In this document: one piece after another, positions 56,201 through 64,000 of the stretch
Layout: every line of letters starts with the position of its first letter
Position numbering within the stretch: the stretch's first letter is position 1
Assembly (NCBI GenBank): GCA_036785375.1
Contig: JAWMAR010000202.1
Coordinates: forward strand, 3,162,001-3,226,000
Direction of reading: 5' to 3'
Length of the DNA: 64,000 nt
DNA from: Leucoraja ocellata
Lineage: Eukaryota
Notes under the pieces: generated by a model
Database searches by the model: none
The model's input: the letters and a program-made list of their open reading frames with translations, nothing else
Told to the model about the DNA's origin: nothing
Program-made: the position numbers and the translations under genes

Positions 56201-57401
56201 CGAGGGAGCAAGAGGATGAACGCTGCTGAATTTGCTACTGCGGGGCCACAGACATCTTCTGCCAGGTGGAAATGGGGCATTTCCACTTTCTTTCTTCCCC
56301 AGCCCTCTCCCTGAGCCACAATAATTGGAGCTGTGTCAAGCTGAGCTGAGCCAGAGCGCTCAGCAGCATCGACCAGTCATTGAGTAACTAAGACCAGCTG
56401 ACAGCTGCTTTTCCCACACCAACTTGCTCTCCAATCACAGCCGTTTCCATGACTCTCCCACACACTTTTTCATTTCTGACTTGCAAACGGTTTGGGTTAC
56501 GAGCAATTTTTGGAAATGGAAGGAACCCTATTGTAACCGTGGACTACCTGCAATCTTACATTAATTCGATTTTTTTTAATTCATCCTACATTCTTATAAC
56601 TACCCTCAAATTCTACCATTCCCCTACACGCCAGGGGCTATTCACAATAGCCATTTACCAAGCAACCTACCTACCTTCGCATCTTTGAGATAAAACTGGA
56701 GTACATGGAGGAAATCCACACAATCGCAGAGAGAATGTGCAAACAGATACTAGCCAAGGCGTGAATTGAACTTGGGTCTCTGCCATTGTGTGGCAGCAGC
56801 TCTACTATTATTGGACAATACTAGTAATATCCTCACTTCACCACCAGTCAATTTTTTGCAATACTCAATGGCAAATGAAAGCTCTTAAAATGCCACCTGC
56901 GACCATGGTTTTCAATGCAGTGCCATGAGTTGCTATGAGCCACTTGGTCAATGTTTATGAATAGCATATGTTTTTCAGAATATGGTTTACGGTTTATTGA
57001 AATAGAGGTTGGGAATTGTCTACTAAATACATTCATAGACTACCTTAGGATGTTTACATTGTTCATTGTGCTGGGCCAAAGCTACTGTGGGAAGCTGTAA
57101 TGCCAGGTTGCAGATCTGACTGAGATGTGAAATGAGCTGTGAATGGCCCCACCAGTTAAATACTAAAAGCAGCTGAATAGGTATTTGAGCCTGTACTTAA
57201 TTTCAGGTCATTCATTGATAAAGGAATACCTGGGATGTTCAAATCAAATGATATAATTGTATTCTTTCTATTTCAGGATCAATAACTAATCGTCTGGATA
57301 GAAATTCTTTCCAGAATGGACCCACAGCAAAGAAGCCACGGTCCTGCGGGCTCTGTCATCAGCCAGGGCACACCAGGACAAAGTGCCCCCAAAACCGGTG
57401 A
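38035..57401 (+). CDS. TOP3A: DNA topoisomerase III alpha, complete, 19 coding exons (~962 aa)
   Basis: Exons 38035-38172, 39252-39311, 40133-40206, 41639-41714, 41917-42025, 42765-42908, 43411-43581, 43999-44099, 45317-45391, 46141-46223, 46773-46980, 48670-48855, 49296-49425, 51513-51626, 52344-52509, 53904-54047, 55093-55215, 55298-55959, 57277-57401 (2889 nt, all GT-AG, in phase). TOPRIM VLCVAEK and [11 protein letters not shown], catalytic YISYPRTET, zf-C4, two GRF zinc fingers and terminal [18 protein letters not shown]. Confidence 0.97.
38225..38700. repeat. C-rich degenerate tandem repeat (CTGATCAACCCC-like) in TOP3A intron 1
   Basis: Many degenerate CCCTGATCAACCCC units. Confidence 0.7.
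38891..39033. mobile_element. hAT MITE with perfect 8-bp TSD
   Basis: TSD GCTGTATC at 38883-38890 and 39034-39041; TIRs CAGTGACGGACTGG / CCAGTCC---ACTG; internal 4x GGGGCCCACTT. Confidence 0.85.
47039..48025 (+). mobile_element. Non-autonomous Helitron-like element in TOP3A intron 11
   Basis: 5' TCTATCTATATATTATTAAAAC; 3' ..GGGGAACGGGTCCCACTTGGTATAG|T (degenerate CTAG end with GC-rich subterminal hairpin remnant). A|T insertion, no TSD, internal GC-rich and purine tracts. Confidence 0.6.
49888..50924. mobile_element. 1037-bp non-autonomous DNA transposon nested in a SINE (7-bp TSD)
   Basis: TIRs TAGGTATGTTACAAAA / TTTTGTAACATTGCTA; TSD GTAAATG at 49881-49887 and 50925-50931. Removing it restores the SINE tail. 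Confidence 0.85.
51007..51388. mobile_element. Tigger/pogo-like MITE; a second one at ~56140-56550
   Basis: Imperfect TIRs CAGTAAACCCTCATTATTGCAGACC / GGTCCATAATAACGAAGGATAACTG|TA; second copy CAGGCTATTCCTGGGTTAC / GTAACCGTGGACTACCTG. Confidence 0.55.
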
Positions 57402-58546
57402 CCCTCTCACCTTCCCACCTACATTTTGTCATAAACTGGGTACAGTGCCTGCAGAGAAAACTGTCATCTTCATCTCAGTTCTCCTGATCTTTCCCACTGA
57501 TACTAACCAGATCCTTCATAAGGAGTACTGCATTATATGATCTTTAATATAGAGTTCAGAGTTCATTGTTCGATGATGGAGAGTGGGTTGCCTGGACTCT
57601 GTCATCCCATGTGTTGGGTGCCGGGTTACAGTGAGAGGCAGAATGGAATCCATTACTTAACCTGCCTCCAGGAACAGTTGCTCAGTCCTCCATGGGTGGA
57701 TTTTATTCATGGAATGGTATTGCTTCTATCAAATCAAGCTTTTCTGGAGATGATACACCTTAGCATCTGAGGAGTAGAAGAGCTGTAAGAACGTCAATTT
57801 GTTTTAGTCAGAATGTTTAAAGTTAGTTAAGAGCTCAGGATTTGATTTTGGCACCTTTAAATGCGAAGGTAACTTTTGGTTATGTCATTGTGTTATCATA
57901 AGTTTAGGTTCCAGTTCAGCACGTTTGCATTTGATTTTTGGATAAATCACTTGTAAATGTCCAGCAGGGAATTAAGTTTCTATTTTTGGAGAGATATTAG
58001 GTTACTGTATTATCTCTTGTGGATGTTGTGCCATGTACCATGGATACAGAATCGTTCAATGGCTGCATTGTCAAATGGCTTTCAGTGAAGTGCAGTAGAA
58101 ATGCAGATGCTTTATTTTCCTAATTTCCTTCCATGGGGAAGAGAACAGCCATTCTCCTTTTACATTTTATTGTGGCTTGTGTTAATCCTATATAATACTG
58201 GGGTAGTGCACTAATGATTACAGCACTATTTCACTGATGCGGTATTGATAGGCACAGAATTCTCTGGATACAGCAAAGATAGATGCAGGGTTGCACTGTA
58301 TAATATTAGGGCGTAACACTGGTGGGAATGATGTGTCACAGTGTACTATCAGGCTGCATTTAGCAGTGTGAACGTAACTATCACCAACACATTGGGAGGT
58401 TGCATTGAACCAGAGAACTGAAGTTATAATAGAGAGCAAAGTAGTTGAAGAGATAGAATTGAGTAAACCCGAGAGTCCACCAAGACTTGGATTAATTAAA
58501 ATTCATTTTAATATTAGAGGCTGTTAAGTGTGGTTTTATTTCAAAT

Positions 58547-58552
58547 AATAAA
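58547..58552 (+). terminator. Probable TOP3A polyadenylation signal
   Basis: AATAAA about 1.15 kb after the stop, followed by a U/GU-rich tract (TTTGCTTTTTCAGTGTATTTCTGTT). Confidence 0.5.
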
Positions 58553-59149
58553 TTAATTTGCTTTTTCAGTGTATTTCTGTTCTCATGGTTTAACTGAAAG
58601 CGTGATTTGTTTTCCTCTCAAGATGTACCAATATGTTGACTGTCTCTTGTATGATTAACACAGGGATTCCATCCCAACGTGGAACATTTTTAGCAGGGAA
58701 TGAAATAGAATTGTAATTTGGGTGGTGGAATCAGATTTCCCAACTGTACAAAGAGACAGCTGGGAGTTATTCACTCCCCAGCTGGTTTCAACATTGTGAT
58801 TAGTGAAAACAGTTGATCATTTATAATGATTTCATGTGGTCCTAAACTCCACTGAATGAAATGAGTAAATTGGCCAATTAAATAAATCAGATTTTCTGCT
58901 GAAACTAGAACATGAATGCTTTGTTACACCATTAAACATTAAAAAGGCAAAATGTTTTCCTTTTGATCTTTCAAGAATATCGGTAACTGAAAAGCAAAAA
59001 ATTATATACTGAAAATCTGAATATCGGTTCTATTAAAGGTACAATTAAGATTATACAATCATATAATTTCTTATTGCTCGACAACCCTAATCCCTTCAGA
59101 CATCATTTAGGTAAAATTTAATAATTGCTATTCTTAAATTACTCGGGTA

Positions 59150-60285
59150 TCATAAGGTCATAAGTGATAGGAGCAGAAATAGGCCATTTGCCCATCAAGT
59201 CTACTCCATCATTCAATCATGGCTGATCTATCTCTCCCTCCTAACCCCATTATCCTGCCTTCTCCCCATAACCCCTGACACCCGTACTAATCAAGAATTT
59301 ATCTAACTTTGCCTCAAAAATATCTATTGACGGCCTTCTGCAGCAAATTCCACAGGTTCACCACCCTCTGACTAAAGAAATTCCTCCCCATCTCCTTCCT
59401 GAAGTACCATCCTTTAATTCTGAGGCTATGATTCCTTCTGTCCTAGGATCCTAGTAAAGGAAGCACAATTTATATAACAGTGCTCACCGTGCACATTGGC
59501 ATGAATTGGTCTCAATATATGAGACCAATTGCAATATGTGAAATATATGGATCTTTAATCTTTGACTATAAAGAAGACAGTTGAATTTCTCCAATTTAAT
59601 TGCTCATTCAGAGAATGTCAGGTTGTGCAAAATGGGCCCCAGGATTGCTTAAGGAAATGTTTAACATTAATGTTTTTTGACATTACAATCCAGTAGATGC
59701 AAAATATCCATTATGGTGTTAGAGAAAAAAATACCCCATTCATTATTAATGTTTTTTGTAATGTTGTAAACTGAGAGTTCTCCATTTCCCTACCACCTCC
59801 CAAAGGTATGCTCAATGCTCTGCTGTGAAGTAGTAGGAGTAGAGCATTGGACTTGTTCCACCATTCAATCAGATTACGACTGATCCTTTACCTCTTTGCA
59901 TTTACCCAATCTATTCCTCTCATGACTTTGTACACCTCTATAAAATCACCCCTCATCATCTTGCACTCCAAAGAATAGTCCTAGCCTGCCCAACACCTCT
60001 CTGTAGCTCAGGCCCTCGAGTCCTCTTAAATCTTCTCTGTATCCTTTCCAGGTTGATAACATCTTTCCTATAACATGGCGCCCAAAATCGAACACAACAC
60101 TCTTTGTTGTGGTAAGCCATTTAGACGAGGAAAAACTTTTTCACACAAGAGTTGTGAGTGTGTGGAATTCTCTGCCTCAGAGGGCGGTGGAGGCTGGTTC
60201 CCTGGATGCTTTCAAAAGAGAGATATCGATAGATAGAGCTCTTAGGGATAGTGGAGTTAAGGGATATGGAGAGAAGGCAGGAACC
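59150..60285. mobile_element. CR1 fragments (59150-59430 minus, 59930-60100 minus, 60120-60285 plus)
   Basis: 3' CR1 tail homology; ORF 60109: KLFHTRVVSVWNSLPQRAVEAGSLDAFKREI. Confidence 0.75.
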
Positions 60286-60509
60286 GACCGGCGACCCCCG
60301 CACACTAACACCATTCTACACACACTAGAGACAACTTTGCATTCATATCAAGCAAATTAACCTACAAACCTGAACATCTTTGGAATGTGGGAGGAAACCG
60401 AAGATCTCGGTGGAAACCCAGGGGAGAACGTACAAACCCCGTGCAGACAAGCGCCCGTAGACAGGATCGAACCCTGGTCTCTGGCCCAGCGCCACGGTAC
60501 CCGACCCGT

Positions 60510-60750
60510 GCTTAAGGTCGAGACCCTTCTTACGTTGAACAATCCCTGTTCCAGGCGTTCACTGGCCCTATCACCAAACTCTATCTCCGTAACGTTGACG
60601 ACTGCATCGGTGCTACCTCCAGCACTCATGCAGAACTCGTGGACTTCATCAACTTCACTACTCGACCTGAAACGTCACCTTCGCTCCATAGATGCTGCCT
60701 CACCCGCTGAGTTTCTCCAGCATTTTTATCTGCCACCAATTTCCACCCTG
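60510..60750 (+). mobile_element. PLE RT catalytic-motif fragment flanked by pLTR-repeat pieces
   Basis: EQSLFQAFTGPITKLYLRNVDDCIGATSSTHAELVDFINFT corresponds to the PLE RT (Y)xDD region. Confidence 0.7.
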
Positions 60751-60869
60751 TACTCCCAAAGCTATAGGATCTTTGGTACTTCCTGCACACCAAAGATCTT
60801 AGAGCTCTAAGATCTTTGCTGCACACTTCGATTGCCCAACTTAAGGTCCTGGGGCTGTCGATCAACGGG

Positions 60870-61078
60870 AGAGGGGGCGGGGCATGCGCTCACATCCGGA
60901 AGTGGGTGAGACGCCGCGCAACCAAACCTGATGGACGGCTTGTGATTGATAGAGGTTTCGGCCAATGACACTGATCGAGATCGGTCAGTGCCCGCCCATG
61001 TGACAGGTGCTGGCCAATGAGATGCGAAGGAAGGGCGGGGTTAATGGGTGTAGGTTGAGGTGGACTGTCACAGCGGCC
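60870..61078 (+). promoter_or_regulatory. FLII promoter
   Basis: GC boxes (~60874, ~61033), GCATGCGC NRF1-like, CCGGAAGT ETS (~60896), two GGCCAATG CCAAT boxes (~60960, ~61012). Confidence 0.7.
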
Positions 61079-61141
61079 ATGGCTGCCACCGGAGTCTTGC
61101 CCTTCATCAGGGGTGTGGATCTAAGTGGAAATGATTTTAAA
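61079..61141 (+). CDS. FLII: Flightless-I actin remodelling protein, coding exon 1 (gene continues beyond the window)
   Basis: GCCATGG Kozak; MAATGVLPFIRGVDLSGNDFK|GTAAGT matches the FLII N-terminus. Adjacent to TOP3A as at human 17p11.2. Confidence 0.92.
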
Positions 61142-62214
61142 GTAAGTCAGTTACACCACGCTGAATATTAATGTCCTGTGTAGAAATGAGCTGTTCCCTG
61201 GTCAGTTGTGTGATATTATGACTTTATTATTGAGCAGCAATCTGATTGTAAGAGGCAGGCAGCCTAGGCCTGTGGGGTGTTTGTATAGTTCTACATAGTC
61301 GTAATATTTCTATTCTGCCGAATGTATTGATATTATGTGCTTTGTGTTGACAGTTAATGCAGAATTCATGATCTTGATGTTATTACCAGCTTCATTGATA
61401 ACTACTTTCCTTAGAAAGTTATGAAACTTTAGTTATTAAAATAGAAATTCAATCATAATACCGGCTTAATTCTTGGCTTAATCTATTGTTTTTTCTTTGG
61501 CAAATGTAAACTTTGAGACACAAACATTTTCCAGGATTATTGATGAAAGGAGAATCATAACATCATGGAAGACAAATGACATAGAAGTTAGTTGAAAATG
61601 TGCAAAATAGCATAGTTAACTTTCCATCTCTTGATCTTATTGACTTAATTGTTTCTTCAACCAAGATTACCTCACCACCTTCTTCTTTCGGTCTCTTCCT
61701 CTCGCTTAGCCCCTCCCTATTTTGGTTGAAAAGCCTTTAAACAAGAATGTTAAATAACTGCACAACTTTATAACATGTTTCATGCAGTGCTATAAGCGCT
61801 TTGGCTATCTACATGCTCCACAACAGACTCCTTTAAACCTCCAGCCTTTATTTGTTCTTCCTTCTAAACAACCTCACTTTTTTAGCTTCTATTCCCAAGT
61901 CTGTTTTTCTCTCTTTTGGACCTTCTCAACTTCCCATTCCTCTGCCAAGCTCAATTAAACCCTCCCCAAATCTGCCTGTAAGGAAGTTAGTCCTAGTTCT
62001 GTTAAGTCACAGCCTGTCTGACATTGATAAGTCCTATCTTCCCCACAACGTTTCCCATGCCTTTTTGTCCCCAAAGACCTTGCTAGTAGGTCTCCCGTGA
62101 GAGGATTCAAAAGGACCTGAATTACAGCGGAACAGCCATTTTGGAGTGGGCCATTGTGAGAATGGCTGTCGCAAGGCTGTGTTTGAGGTGTAAATGTATC
62201 AGAGCAGGTGTGGA

Positions 62215-63260
62215 TTACGTGGACTTTAGCAAGGCTTTTGACAAAATCCTGCATAGTATCATCATGGATAATGATATATATTAATGATATGAGGAAGGAT
62301 TGTAGATGGTATAATTAGTAAATTTACAGAAAACATCAAATTTGGTAGTGTGGTGGACAGTGATGAAGATTGTCTAAAGATACAACAGGATCTGGATCAA
62401 TTGGAAAGTGGGACAAGGAATGGCAGTTGGAATTTAATTTGTGCAAGTGCAATGTGATAGATTTCACTAAGTTAATCCAGGGCTGGACATACACAGTGAA
62501 TGAAAAGGCCATGGGAAATGCGGTAGAAGAGAGAGACCAAGGGGTACAAGTACATGGTTTCCTGAAAATGGTGACCCGGGTAAATTAGATGGTGAAGAAG
62601 CTGCATAAATGCTTGCCTTCATCGGTTGGGACATGAGGACAAGAGTTGGGACTTGATGTTGCAACAGTATAAGATGTTGTGGAGACCACTTAGGGTATTG
62701 TGTGTAGTTCTGGTCACTATACTATGGGAAGGATGAGATGAAGCGAAATAGGGTGCAGAAAAGTTTCAATAGAATATTGATGAGGCTTGAGTTTTAAGTA
62801 GAAACTGGATAAACTGGGACTATTTTCATTGGAGTGAAGGAGGCGGAAGAGTGACCTTATATCAGATCGTGAGGGGCATAGATAAAATGGATTGTTACAG
62901 TCTTTTTCCCAGGGTAGAAGAGTTTAAACTGGAGTCCTACGTTTAAGATGAGAAAGATTTAAAGAGGGCTTGAGAAGCACATTTTCAGATTCAGATTCAA
63001 TTTTCAGATTCAATTTTAATTGTCATTGTCAGTGTACAGTACAGAGACAACAAAATGCATTCCGAGCAGAGGGTGGGGCGGATGGGGAACGAGTTGTCAG
63101 AGAAAGTAGTAGAGGTGGGTACAGTTACAATGTTTACAAGGTACATGGATAGGTAAAGTTTTGGGGGCTATGGGCCAATTACAGGCAGGTGAGACCAGCT
63201 CGAGAAGATGCTTTGGGCAGCATTGATGAGTTGGGCTAAAGGGCCCATTTCAATGCATTT
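62215..63260 (+). mobile_element. Degenerate CR1 LINE 3' ~1 kb in FLII intron 1, interrupted by a short inverted LINE/SINE tail (~62985-63062)
   Basis: DFSKAFDK, ISKF..IKFG, WDKEWQLEFNLCKCNV, EERDQGVQVH motifs, then the CR1 3' tail. Confidence 0.8.
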
Positions 63261-64000
63261 TCTTTAGCAAAGCGAAAGACTTTAAAGCCCTTCCTTTTGC
63301 ACAAATTTCCTGCTAGCCATTCGTCAGTGTTATCCTCCTAAGTTTGTATTCATTGGTCATGGAAGTCAATTTGAGATTACCACAGTTTGAGGCTCTTTTT
63401 CTTAATATATCACCTAATTCAATAAAATATGCCTGCATTCTTATTTCTGCCTATGTCATTGGTAGCAATGTGGGCCACAGTCTGTGGCTGTTCACTCTCC
63501 TTGTCCAAAAGATTCTGCCAGGACTTAGTGATGCTCTTTACTTTGCCACCAGGGAAGCAACACATTTCCTGGAATGAGGCCTGTGACTGCTGAAGCTCTG
63601 CTCACTATAGAATATCTTATTGCTGTCACTCTTGGCTTTGTTTTCTCTTTCCCTGTGCAGCTGAGCTACCCGTGGTGGTATGCTCCTGGCCGTGGCAGTG
63701 ATAGGCAAGAGAGCGTTAGTTTTCCCCCATCAGAATTAGAAATTGAATATTGCTTGGGGAATGAGGACTCCTGAAATACCCGCCAGCTTTTTGTTTTGAG
63801 TGTTGCTTTATCTGCCGTGGTTGTACATGTCATGAGATATGTATTCCATGGGTCCAAAGTATCCCGCATGGTACGATTAGATTAGCTCAGCCCTTCTCTA
63901 CCTGTGCTATGATGGTGGATGATCCTCTTCCAAAATATGCAGTTCACAAAATTCAGCCCCGTGGATGGAATGTGACAGCTGTTGCTCAGGCTCCAAGATG

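Noticed and set aside
55960-56219. TOP3A exon 18 reading frame continuing ~86 codons into the intron
   Set aside because: A strong GTAAGC donor and a conserved terminal exon exist; the extension is repeat-derived and shows no homology.

Overview
Vertebrate genomic DNA, most likely a cartilaginous fish (skate/ray-like). This is inferred from the HE1/HER1-type SINE/CR1 repeats, the abundant Penelope-derived repeats and the gene order. Five spliced protein-coding genes can be reconstructed by hand: UNKL (exons 1-2, minus strand, continuing off the left edge), a complete histone H3.3 gene (plus, head-to-head with UNKL), UQCC4/C16orf91 (2 exons, minus), a complete 19-exon TOP3A (plus) and exon 1 of FLII (plus). 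The rest is repeat-rich intron and intergenic DNA: a Gypsy 5' LTR-PBS-gag end, CR1 LINE fragments, tRNA-derived SINEs, Penelope-like element (PLE) fragments, Helitron-like elements, several MITEs with intact TIRs/TSDs, and one assembly gap. The most notable hidden signal is a dispersed family of PLE-derived short repeats carrying a minimal type I hammerhead-ribozyme-like core (CUGAAGA-A-stem II-GAAACGUC), often in fold-back arrangement. Also notable are an H3.3 gene beside UNKL that mirrors the human H3-3B/UNK pair, an uORF whose stop overlaps TOP3A Met1, and the absence of MIEF2 between TOP3A and FLII. Most ORFs in the supplied track are spurious. All identifications come from recalled protein and repeat families; no database search was run.
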